From Lama guanicoe (taxonomy: Eukaryota), in NCBI GenBank assembly GCA_013239625.1, contig MU055355.1:945014-1009013 (forward strand): a stretch of DNA of 64,000 nt. Reading direction: 5' to 3'. Below, in pieces: positions 1-17,563 of the stretch (positions are counted from its first letter, which is position 1; each line of letters opens with the position of its first letter). The notes under the pieces were generated by a model. It made no database searches. It was not told the DNA's origin and was given only the letters and a program-made list of their open reading frames with translations. A program made the translations under genes and the position numbers.

Positions 1-429
1 AATAATCCACCAGGATGTGGCTGGAAAATACTGGTCTCCGTATTGAATAGTTGCAATTTAACTTATATTAACAACTTAATATTTAAAACTTTTTAAAAGT
101 TTTCAATATTTTGTTTAGGTTTTAAAATATGTATACTATATTTGAATAGTGATACACTTTATAAATATGAGTGTACATTATAAATACATATGTGTATGTT
201 GAGGGATGTGCTCAAAATGTTTTTACTGATGCGACGCATGAGCAGGAGAGCTTGGAAGCCATTGGTTCAGATTCCTTGCCAAGACTGTGCTTGGTAATTA
301 TGCTTTTCACAATAGTTTGTGTAGATAAATGTTTTTCCTCCTAGCTACATTTTAAAGAAGGCAGCTTTTGTACGCCGTAGTATCTTTCTTAAGAAAGTAA
401 CTTAAGTGATTCACTAAACCATGAAGGCT

Positions 430-590
430 GCAAAATGCGACAGAAATGTGCTGATAGGTTCAAATTCCACCTCCACCTCTTGCCAGTGGTGTGATCTGGG
501 GTGACATAACGGGCCTCAGCTTCCTCATCTATATGATAAGGACCCTCACGACCCCCTCACAGCATTGATGTGAAGAATAAATGAAGAGTG
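430..590. mobile_element. MIR SINE
   Basis: GTTCAAATTCCACCTCCACC..TGTGATCTGGG..GCCTCAGCTTCCTCATCTATA..GTGAAGAATAAATGA, MIR core-like. Confidence 0.65.
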
Positions 591-792
591 AACCTGTCAA
601 AGAGTAGACAGGACCAGCAAATGTCAGGAGCCTTCTTCAAGCAGCTGTTTCCCAAGAAGGGACCCCTGAAGGCCTTGTGTCTGTCAGTCTCCGTCCAGGC
701 TCTCGGCCTCCTCCAGGGCCCTTTGCGGCTCTCTTACCATCTCCCTTTTGGTTCTGGGGACCCTCACGCTACCTCTCACTTCCCTTTCTCAG

Positions 793-6886
<6,094 letters not shown>

Positions 6887-7052
6887 TCATGGCCACCGAG
6901 GCCTTTGCTGTCCTGCCAGGACCTGCCATCTCTCCCATTTCCTACCTTTCAACTTTCACCCTCGGTCTCCGTGACCCATCCCCACTCCCTGCTCTGCGCA
7001 AACCCCTGCCTCTAGGAACCGGAGGCAAGGCAGCCAGCGGCACATGCAAGCC

Positions 7053-7141
7053 GGGGAATCCCCAGGGCTCCTGCCGGCGCAGAGCCCATCCTCGGGTTTA
7101 CTTGGCTCACTCTCTCCTTTCACTTTCACATGGAATTTCCC
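7053..7141. promoter_or_regulatory. NF-kB/IRF site cluster in the C2 3'UTR, about 0.45-0.55 kb upstream of the expected CFB start
   Basis: GGGGAATCCCC 7053-7063, TTTCACTTTC 7118-7127 (IRF-E) and GGAATTTCCC 7132-7141, all before the C2 AATAAA. Confidence 0.65.
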
Positions 7142-7434
7142 AGTTATGAAATTAATAAAAATCAATGATTTCCTCATCTATCTGTGCCTCTACCTGGGTC
7201 CTGTGGGGAGAGAAAAGCCAGAATGATTCCAGGAACTGCAAGAAGGCAGGTCAGAGACCCTTCTGGACAAACAATGGCTGGACTCTGCTCCCTAACAGAG
7301 TCAACAGGGGAACCAGTGAGGGCCTTGTGTCTGGTCCCTAAGGGGTAGGGGGCTTGTTGGGAAGGAACGAAGGCTGAGAGGAGGTGTTGACAGGAAGAAT
7401 CCTGGATCCTGGGCAGCCAAAGGTGGGATTTTGC

Positions 7435-7554
7435 AGTTTCTGTTTCCTTGACTGGCAGCTCAGAGGGGGGCCCTCCCGCTCGGACATTCCGGAAAGTGAT
7501 GTGGGTAGGGTGGGTGGGGCGAACAGCAGGCGCCAGAACACAGGTTGCATAAAA
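7435..7554 (+). promoter_or_regulatory. CFB proximal promoter: ISRE, GAS-like element, TATA-like box
   Basis: AGTTTCTGTTTCC 7435-7447, TTCCGGAAA 7487-7495, CATAAAA 7548-7554, about 150 nt before the ATG. Confidence 0.7.
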
Positions 7555-7704
7555 GGCTGGAGGTTGTGGGGGGCAGGGGAAGGGCGCGTGACACAGCCCA
7601 GGTCTGGAGCTTCAGCTTGGAAAAGCCCGCCAAGCAGACACATAGCAGAAGCTGAGACAGGCCGTCCTGCCCGCAGCCCCAGCTTCTCCCTGTCTTCCAA
7701 AGCC

Positions 7705-10700
7705 ATGGGGAGCAGTCGCAGCTGCCTACCCTGCCTAGCCCCCTTGATCCTGGCCCTCTTGTCTGGAGGTAAGTGCCCTCACAGGCTCCCTCCTGCTGCC
7801 CCCAGGATCCCTCCTTGGCCTTGTGAGCCTGGGCTTCACGGGCCTTCCTCTTTAGGTGCGAGCATGACGCCATTGCCTGAGGCTGGGCCCCAGAGCACCT
7901 GCTCTCTGGAGGGAGTAGAGATCAAAGGTGGCTCCTTTCGGCTGCTCAAGGAGGGGCAGACACTGGAGTACGTGTGCCCTTCTGGCTTCTACCCGTACCC
8001 TGCGCAGATTCGCACCTGCAGATCCACAGGGTCCTGGAGCACCCTGAAGACTCAAGACAGAAAGATTGTCAAGAGGGCCGAATGCAAAGGTTGGAGGGCA
8101 GCGAAGGGAGGCATGGGCCAGCAGAGGGACGGAGCAGGTGGTGGCCACGACCCAGACTTGGACAAGATTAGAGTTGTGTTGAGACGAGGCAGTCTGACCA
8201 GGCGGGCTGAACAGGGGTGGGAGCCGAGCAAGGGTTGGCGGTGGGATGGAGGGAGCAGCAAGGGGGCTAAACTTTACTAAGCATTGACTGTGTCAGGCAG
8301 CCCTGGCAGCTGAAAGAACATTCAGAAATGGGGAGCGTGAGTGGCTGGACTCCTCATGGGTTGAGGCTAGTAGCTGATCCTGTGGGATCGAGAAGACACT
8401 GTTTCTCAGTGACAGGGTCCCTGAGACCAGGAGGGATGTCCTAAAGGGCAGCCCTTCCCTCTCGGTCACTTCTACTTGTTCCCCTCCCCCAAAGCAATTC
8501 GCTGTCCCAGACCACAGGACTTTGAGAACGGGGAGTACTGGCCCAGGGCTGCCTACTACAATTTGAGTGAACAGATCACTTTCCGCTGCTACGATGGTTA
8601 CGCTCTCCGGGGCTCTGCCAATCGCACCTGCCAAGAGAATGGTCGGTGGGACGGGCAAACGGCCATCTGTGATGATGGAGGTGAGAAACTTCCCCTCTCT
8701 CCATGACGGCACCCTCGCCCTGACCACCTCAGCCTGAGGAACTGGCACCAGAGCTCTTGTGCTCCACCTTGCTCTCCGGGCCTCCGGCTTTGGCCTTCAC
8801 CTCCGCATCTCATGCTTCCACAGCGGGGTACTGCCCGAACCCGGGCATCCCTATTGGCACAAGGAAGGTGGGCAGCCAGTACCGCCTTGAAGACACTGTC
8901 ACCTACTACTGCAACCGGGGGCTCACCCTACGGGGCTCCCAGCAGCGCAAATGCCAGGAGGGTGGCTCTTGGAGTGGAACGGAGCCTTCCTGCCAAGGTG
9001 ACTCTTGAGCTGTACAGTCAGGTCAGATCTTGCTCATCATCCTCACATCCCCACACGAGGGCACTGCCTTCTCCCTACTGCAAGCCAGCTCCTTCCTCAC
9101 TCTTAAACACCCCTTTAGGACTCTCTCACTTCTGAGCACTTTCTACCCCAGAAATCCACCATACCCTGTCTCTCTGGTCACTGTGTCCCTGACCTCCCAG
9201 ACATTTGACCTGATTTCTGACCTCTCTCAGACTCCTTTATGTATGACACCCCTGGAGAGGTGGCCGAAGCCTTCCTATCCTCCCTGACAGAGACCATAGA
9301 AGGAGTTGATGCTGAGGATGGACACATTCCAGGTGTGAAGGCAGAGATGGGAAGCGAGGTGGGGGTGGGGTTGGAGGATGGAGAAGGGGCAGGAGAACCA
9401 TGAGTCTCTCTGGTGGCACCCAGGGGAACAACAGAAGAGGAGGATTGTCCTGGACCCCTCGGGCTCCATGAACATCTACCTGGTGCTGGATGCATCAGAC
9501 AGCATTGGGGCCCACAACTTCACAGGAGCCAAGAACTGTCTTAGAGACTTCATTGAGAAGGTGAAATCCCCTCCCCTTGAACGTGGGGACCCTGAATGGA
9601 TCTGGCTGCCCTGCTGGGATTAGCCCTTGGAGCTCCCAGCCGCTCTGAGCCACAGGGTCCCAGAAAATCTCCAGGTCCTGTTCTGTCCTCCTTCACTTTT
9701 ACTTGAAGCAGTTTCTTGACCTTTAACCCAGACTCCTCCAAGAACCCCAGGTGACGAATCAGTCCTTGAATCTCTTACTCTGGCCTTCCCTGCCTATCCT
9801 AGCAAAGCTACTGAATTCTCCCACTTGCTTCCCTCACCCACAGGTGGCAAGTTATGGGGTGAAGCCAAAATATGGTCTAGTGACATATGCCACATATCCC
9901 AAAGTTTTGATCAAAGTGTCTGACGCAACGAGCAGTGATGCAGACTGGGTCACAGAGAAGGTCAACCAGATCAACTACGAAGGTCAGAGGTCAAGGAAGG
10001 GAATGGTGGGAAGTTCACTTTGGGGTCAGAGAGATCACAAGTTTCAGGGGTGTTGTGGGGAGTGAGGAGTGAGACCATATGGTGGGGCAGGGAAGACTAC
10101 TTTTTCTAGTTGGACAGCAGGGTCACTGGGGAGTCTGTTGGAACTGAGAGGGTCACTTTGTCATCAAAGGGAAGTCAGTGGGGGTGACAACTCAGAAAGT
10201 TCAAAAACGTGGGTTACTGGTAGGCCTCTGGGGACACGGATGGCTTGGAAGACCAGGCGAGGTGATGATTTCTTCCCTTTCCACAGATCACAAGCTGAAG
10301 GCAGGGACAAACACCAAGAAGGCCCTCCTGGAAATATACAACATGATGAGCTGGGAAGTGAACACCTTACCTGAAACCTGGAACCGCACCCGCCATGTCA
10401 TCATCCTCATGACTGATGGTCAGAGGGGCCTTTCTCCTGCCCGACTCCCCACCCTCTCACACCAGCGTATGGCCCTTAAGTCCACATGTAACACTGGACT
10501 CATGGCTGGGGCCCTGACTGCTGCTCAGGGCACTGAATTTGTCCATCTCTCCTGGGAACCTTTATAAGGAGGGACCCTTTTCTTTAAAGCTATGATCTGT
10601 CACTTCCATCACCTCCCCAATCTGCTCACTCAGCCATAGGTGTCACTCCTTCTAGCCAGTTTCTCTTCCTTGACCCTCTCCCCTCCTTGTCTCCTACCTT

Positions 10701-13578
10701 CATGGCCCTGTCTCTCCTGCAGGCTTGCACAACATGGGCGGGGATCCAGTCTCTGCCATTCATGATATCCGGGACTTGCTGGACATTGGTAGAAGTCGCA
10801 AGAACCCAAGGGAGGATTATCTGGGTGCGTTTCAGTGCCCAGGACCCAGCACCCCACTTTCTCAGCTCCTGCCCACTTAGGGCCTTGACCCTCACTCTCC
10901 CTTTTTCTCCCTCAGACATCTATGTGTTCGGGGTTGGGCCTCTGGTGAACCAAGAGAACATCAATGCTTTGGCTTCCAAGAAGGATAAAGAGCAACACGT
11001 GTTCAAAGTCAAGGACATGGAGGACCTGGAGAATGTTTTCATTCAAATGCTTGGTAGGCAGATACCGGAAGGGTAGAAGATGGTCAGGAAACTCAGTCCT
11101 CTCCAGGCCTCCCAAGGTCACTCATTCGCCCACTCCTCCCAAAGCCCTGGCAGCCTGCAAGTCCTTTCTCATTCTTTCTTCTCTACCTCGGTGTCACTAT
11201 TCTTGCCTCCTGGCACTGTCCATTCTCTGATTTTAGACTCACAGGGCTCTGATTGAAGTCGGAGAGCTTTCTAGAGTCCCTTGTTTTACAGATGTGGAAA
11301 TTAAGGCCTGGAGAGATCCAGGAACAGCAGGCTAGCAAGAGTTGGGCCTGAAAGTCGCTGGGTCTCTAATCCGAGTCCCACGTTCTCTTCACGATACCAC
11401 AGTGGTTTCTTACTCTCAGCATAAAGAAGCAAGTGCCCCTGCCCCTCCCTTCCTCCTATGGGCCTCTGCTCCCCAGACACATACATGTCCCTCCCCAAAA
11501 GACTGCTGCCATTTGGAAGTGAAGGGCCAGCTTTCAGCACATTCTCCTTTCTTGCCAGATGAAAGCCGGACTCTGGGCCTCTGTGGCATGGTTTGGGAGC
11601 ACAAGGGAGGTACTGACTACCACAAGCAACCATGGCACGCCAAGATTTCAGTCACTGTAAGTGCTGGTGGGGACTCATGGGAGGTGAGGTCAGGGTGAAA
11701 TGAAGGTGGGGGAAGAGCAATCTGTTCACATTAGGTTGTGGTGTTTGTGAAAGGCGAGCTTCCCCCCTCTGCTGCTCTGTTCCTAGCGCCCCTCGAGGGG
11801 ACATGAGAACTGTATGGGTGCTGTGGTATCTGAGTACTTTGTGCTGACAGCCGCACACTGTTTCACGGTGGAGGATGAGGCTCACTCAATCAAGGTCAGC
11901 GTGGGTAAGGAAGCAACCTGTCAGTCCTGAACTTCAGCCGTGCCCTCTGGGCAGGACCTGCCACTTCTTGAGCCCACACTCCACTGGTCCTCAGTGTAGC
12001 TCCCTCCCTTGCATGCTGGACCAGTTAGGGATGGGGAAGACTGAAATTAGGGATGACACGGGGCTCGAGGCAGGAGGCTTCTCGCAAAAGTGAGTGGTCT
12101 ACAAGTACCCACTTTCCTACTTCAGGAGGGAAGAATCAGGCCCTGCAGATAGAGGAAGTCATATTTCACCCAAACTATGACCTCAATGCGAAAAAAGCAG
12201 AAGGAATTCCTGAATTTTATGACTATGATGTGGCCCTGATCAAACTCAGGAAGAAGCTGACATATGATCAGACCACCAGGTGAGCCAGCTGGATCCCTGA
12301 GGAGAAAAGGCCGGGAGAGGGAGGGCTGGGAGACTGGGGCAGGTCCAGAGTTCACCATCCCTGAGTGTCCCTGTCTCTCCTTAACAGGCCCATTTGTCTC
12401 CCTTGCACTGAGGGATCCAATCAAGCCTTGAGGCTTCCAAGGCTAACCACTTGCCAGCAACAGAGTAAGACATATTCTGGGAGAGGAGCAAAAGGGTGAG
12501 ATTCCAAGAGGCAAATGAGGCATGAGGGGGAGCTGTAGGTGATGCCCAGCCCAGGCTCCAGCTCACACGAAGGGGCTGAGGGACATTGGCTGAGTGACAA
12601 AGAAATGGATAGATGGTGGGGGGGGTGGAAGGGTGCCAAAATGACCCAGTCTGTCCACTTGTCTAGGGGAAGAGCTGCTCCCTGCAAAGGATATCAAAGC
12701 TCTGTTTGTGTCTGAGTTGCCCAAAGAAAAGAAACTGATACGGAAGGAGGTCTACATCAAGAATGGGGAAAAGGTGAGGAACGTGGGATCCTGAAGGGGT
12801 CCTTTAGGCCCCAATTCTTCCTAAGCAAGCTCTGTTCTTCACCTCTTCCTCCTCTGTGCTTCCTACCCCACCTACAGAAAACCGCCTGTGAGAGAGATGC
12901 TCTGCGTGCCCCAGGCTATGACAAAGTCAAAGACGTCTCTGAGGTGGTCACCCCCAGGTTCCTTTGCACTGGAGGGGTGGCTCCCTACGCTGACCCCAAC
13001 ACTTGCAAAGGTGAGAGAAGGCTCTTTGGTTGTGCTGTAAGTTCCTGGGGCCCAAGAGTCTTCCCCTACAGCTCTTCCTCCCCACAGGTGATTCTGGTGG
13101 CCCTCTGATTATTCACAAGAAGAGTCGCTTCATTCAAGTGAGTTTCCCCTTTCCTAACTGTGGGGAGATGCCAGGTGGTCAGTGTTGTGTCCCACAGCAG
13201 GAAAGCTCAATGCATGTGGCTGGAAAGCGGAGGGTGGAGCTTGCCCTGCCTTAGGACTCTTCCTTCAACTGGCCAACTTAGGGCTGTGTGTCTGGTCTGT
13301 GTGCTGGAGGATAAGACTGAGCTGGGCCCCTGGTCTAGTCCTCCCACGTCAGCTCAAATGCAAACAGCTGCTTCCTGGGATTAGGAAGGAATTCCGCCCA
13401 GTGACTGGTGGTATCCCCTCGCCCTCTCCAGGTGGGTGTGATCAGCTGGGGCGTCGTGGATGTCTGCAAGGGGCAGAAGCAGCCACCTGCTCACGCCCGA
13501 GACTTCTACATCAACCTCTTCCAAGTGCTGCCCTGGCTCAAGGAGAAACTCAAAGATGAAGACCTCGGTTTTCTATAA
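7705..13578 (+). CDS. CFB: Complement factor B, complete, 18 exons, 763 aa (3 CCP, vWFA, serine protease)
   Basis: Exons 7705-7768, 7856-8089, 8495-8680, 8824-8997, 9231-9332, 9424-9560, 9844-9982, 10287-10418, 10723-10824, 10916-11053, 11559-11656, 11787-11904, 12126-12279, 12388-12464, 12667-12773, 12878-13010, 13088-13137, 13432-13578 sum to 2292 nt. Factor D site [37 protein letters not shown]-terminus EDLGFL*. ATTAAA at 13612-13617. Confidence 0.98.
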
Positions 13579-13849
13579 AGGGTTTCCTGCTGGAAAGGGG
13601 CATGAGATCAAATTAAAACAGCTGCGACAACACCTGTGTTCAAGGTCCTTTTGGGGTAAAGGAATGGGGAACGTGCACTGGCCATGTTGTTACAACTGAG
13701 ATCAAAACTAACGGCTGTTTTTAAAGGCTTGACCCCAGTCCCAAGTGCTGAAAAACCAGAGGCTGAGGGAGATCTGTAAGCTTCCACCTCAGTGTTTTAC
13801 TGAGACCAGCGTTGGGGCAGATGAGGCACACGGAATCCAGCTTCATTCC

Positions 13850-16800
13850 CTAGAAGCCGTCCACAAGGTTTTCCTTATAGACGTCATCACTGTAGACAAT
13901 CTGGGTCCTCTTGTCCCGGTGGCAACCCTTAGGGCTATTCTGGACAGCTAGGGAGGGAGGAAAGGATTTGTTAAGGTCCGAAGGAGAGCACTGAGGAGAC
14001 CTGAGGCCCAGAGTCTGACCACCTCAACACCTCTGCCCTCTCTCTGGCCCTTGGCGGCCCAGCCTCCATGCTGCCCTCTGGTGGCTGGATGGCCTTTCTA
14101 GCTTTACACCACTTAGGTAAGAAACCTCAAATGTTACTGTTGAGACACGTGAATGATGTTAACCTACTACTTTCAGTTAGTACACCAAAAATTAAAAATT
14201 AGAAAACCTTTATAGCCCTTTGTTAACATGCAGATCATTTCTGGCTCCTTCCTCTTATATAGAGTGCCACTCCCACTCTGAACCCACCCCTTTGCACGAA
14301 AATCCATTTCAGGTAAAAAGAGTTATTTGTCCCATTAGGAGAACTCACTCCAGGTGTAGCTCTGGCCGCAAGAATTCTCCCTCGAGCTGCCTCTCCCCTT
14401 CCCCTTTCCTCCCCACACCGTGCCCCTCCACGCTATCTCTGGAGCTAGAGTGAACCCCTCACACCAAGCCCCGTTCTCCTGGAGCTGTGTATCTTGACAC
14501 TGCTGATCACTTCCTCCTTCTCAAAGCTTGTACCCTTAGGCTTCAACAACCCTCGACGGTGCTGCTCTCAGCACCGTGACCTCTCCTTCTGTCTCCTTTG
14601 CTGCATCCTCGACTTCCGCCTGACATGTCGGGAGGCTGGGGATGTGTGGGGAGTGAGGAGGACAGCCCTGCTCCCTAACATAGTCTCCGAATACTCCTCA
14701 AGCCCAGTCCTGGGTCATTTTTTTCTCCAAATTCAGTCTCCCCCGCCGATACTACCACTTTGCAGCTACCCTGTGATACAGAGGACTCTGATCTGTGTTT
14801 TCATTTCTCACCTCACACCTGAGTTCCAGACCCCTAACGTCAAAGGCTTATTTTACAAAACCAGCTATACTCCATCTCAAAATGAACACGCCACATGAGA
14901 TGCTCATTTTCCTCACCAAGCTGACTCACTCCCCTCTTTTTCCCTGTGCTGGTACTGCCTTAGAAATTATCTTCAATCCTTTTCTCTCCTTCTCCTGCCT
15001 CTAACTGACAGGGGGCCAGACAATTCTCCTCATTCCTGCAGCCGCCACACAAATCCAGACCTCTGCCCCCTCTAGGGAACCCAGAAACATGCAGGGGAAC
15101 AAAAAAAAAGGGGTGACCTAGTGAGGGACAGGATAAGGGAGGAAGAATCCTGTTCTTACCCAGGGAGCCCCAGACAGACTTGCCAGTGGCAGCATCCAGC
15201 ATGGGCTGTTTTCGGGCAATGCTGACTTTGAGCTGTACGGATTCCACCTGGGTCCCGTTGAGCTGGGGCAGAAGAGGGGAGGGGGCAGAGGATGGCAGGG
15301 GAACATTACAGACAAATCAAAGGAGGATTTCTAGGCGCTGCCACCCTAGAAGTAGATTGAGTAGGGATCTGAGGGTATAAAGTTTCCTGTGTGAACAGGG
15401 AGGGACTTTTTGTCAAGAGGAAATGATTTCCTCCTGGATCCCAGCATTTTAGAAGGAAAATAGGAGGATGGCAGGAGGGATGGGAAGAACAGATCTGGGA
15501 AGTCCCAACCTCAGCAACGGCCTGATCTGCTGACTCCATCTTTTCATAAGTGACGAAGGCACAGCTGGGATGAGAAAACACAGGGTCAGTAGAGGGCCTA
15601 TGGGCTCTTCAGGACCCCACCAAACCCAGTGTTACAGGCTGTGGAGACAGGCGAGCTTCCTCCCCTAGGGCTCACACCCTGGGTCCTCCTAGGACTTATC
15701 ATCTTTCCTCATGGTCATCCTTACTTTCTGGGTGGGTCCATGGAGAGGTCAATGATGTTTCCAAAGGGAGAGAAGGCCCCACGGAGGAGGGTGGGCGTCA
15801 TGTCTTCTCCATACACATAGAGAGTATTCCCCTTCCGCGGGGCCCGGCGTTCAGGGAACGAGTCCGACCCTACAGGACAGGAATTAGTCATGAGGCCTAG
15901 TCTATCTACCCTCCACTTTAAGAGTCCACTTTAGTGGGACTCACCTAAAACTTATCTGAGGTCACTTCCCTATCAGCCAAGATCACTCACTGCGGAAAGG
16001 GCCCTCTCGGTCCCGATCCCTGTCCCGGTCTCGATCTCGGTCTCGGTCCCTGTCCCGATCCCTGTCCCGGTCTCGATCGCGGTCTCTGTCCCGGTCTCTG
16101 TCCCGGTCCCGGTCTCGGTCCCGTTCCCGGTCTCGGTCCCGGTTCCGCTCACGACTGCGGTCCCGGCTGCGGCTTCGGGGTGGGGAGGCTGAGGAGTGGG
16201 CACCACCACGTTCTTCATAACCCCAGTCAAAGCTTCGAGGGGGGCCATCACCAGCCCCTGGGCCCTCTGCCTCTTCCCCATCTGGCCCCAGTTCCCGAAG
16301 CCGATCACTGGAAGATACAAAACTGCGGAGAGGCAGACAATGAGGATCAAAGGGGGCCTCTACCTCATCTTCCCAGATCCTGTGGAGACTCAACACTCCC
16401 TCCGTAGCCCCAGCTCCTCTCACTCCAGTCCCGAATCGTCTAAGGACCCAGGCAATGCCCCCACTATTTTCCTCCCCTCCCCAGCCAAATGGGACCCAGT
16501 CCTATCTTTCTCTAACCTCTCATACAGAGATTTCCTCTGGGGACGTCTGGACGACTGAAAGAGAGACCAAAGACAGGTAAGACGATTCCTCTTTGCTGGC
16601 ATGTGGCCCCAAATATGTGGGTTTCTCGTCTTTTTCAATCCTGGGCCCCTCAGAGACAGAAAATTGGAAACAATTACCTCCTGCAGATCGTCGTCGGCAG
16701 ATACACTCCTCTGGAATGGCTGGAAAGTGGGGACTGGCCCCTTCTCAGGGTCCTGGGAAGGTGGGAGAGAGCTACCTCAGGGGGGGAGCAGGAGGCTGAC

Positions 16801-17563
16801 TAACCATGGGATGGTGGGGGCTCCTCCTCCCTCACCCTCTTCTTGGCTTCCTCTGGCCTATCTTTTTTTTCTGTTAACTCCTCTGTACCATTCTTACTTG
16901 ATTGTGTGGTGTTTTTCATAAATAACTTAATACACCCTTAAAGTATTTAGTTTACTTAAAAATTTCTTGAACCTGATGACATTTTCAGCCTGTTCAACTC
17001 CTCAGAGTAACAAAATCCAGGAGCTCTAATATGTGGTGAATTAGACTCATAGAATGTGTAAAACAAAGAATTTAGGAGCCACCCATTTTCTTCACCTTAT
17101 GGATAAAAAACTGGAAGCTCAAAATGGGATAGCAACTTGCGCATGATTGAACAGGCGTTACTTTTCCCTTAAACCTACCTCCATTTCAACTTGCAAGGAT
17201 ACCCTCTGGAGTCAAGGATCCCCTGAACAACTTTTCTCCTTGTGCTCACCTTTAACTTTCCCTCTAGGGTTCGAGAACGTTTGAAGCCTGAGTTCTTGGT
17301 CTCGGCCTTGATGGCACTGATGGCTCCTGACTTCACCAGCTGCTTTGCCTGCTCTGTTGCTGTGGCTGTGTCCACCACAGGCTGCTCTGACAGTGCTGGA
17401 GTGGTGAGGGAAAGAGGCATTATGTTGGCCAGGCTGGGACAGAGGTCGGCCCCACGCCGCTCACTTCGTCTGCCCCAGCCCCCTGTCACTCACAGCGTTT
17501 GACACCACCTTGGCTGGCTGTGCTGCTGCTGCTTTGCTTCTTCAGAGCCAGCAATGCCTTTTT
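13850..17563 (-). CDS. NELFE: Negative elongation factor E (RD protein): visible coding exons 3-11; the ATG-bearing exon 2 is not visible (probably in the N-gap)
   Basis: Minus-strand exons 17563-17494, 17395-17250, 16752-16678, 16554-16517, 16322-15991 (RD repeat), 15869-15725, 15564-15510, 15262-15160, 13947-13850 (TAG). RRM motifs GNTLYVYG and CAFVTYEKMESA; C-terminus VYKENLVDGF*. Probable non-coding exon 1 donor at 19474/19475. Confidence 0.96.
16004..16153 (-). repeat. Coding hexanucleotide repeat (Arg-Asp/Glu dipeptides) of NELFE
   Basis: Degenerate 6-bp period GTCCCG/GTCTCG/ATCCCT; 19 consecutive RD units at 16010-16123. Confidence 0.95.
17396..17493 (-). ncRNA. Candidate mirtron: NELFE intron 3, positionally orthologous to human mir-1236
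   Basis: 98-nt intron with G-rich 5' arm GUGAGUGACAGGGG and C-rich 3' arm GCCAACAUAAUGCCUCUUUCCCUCACCACUCCAG, resembling mir-1236 as recalled. Processing is not shown by sequence. Confidence 0.4.

Noticed and set aside
7384-8280. 298-aa ORF suggesting an N-terminally extended factor B
   Set aside because: It starts at a non-ATG codon upstream of the TATA-like box, has no in-frame ATG before 7705, and simply reads through the 87-nt GC-rich intron 1.
15973-16350. (GTET)n repeat protein
   Set aside because: Alternative frame of the NELFE RD hexamer repeat.
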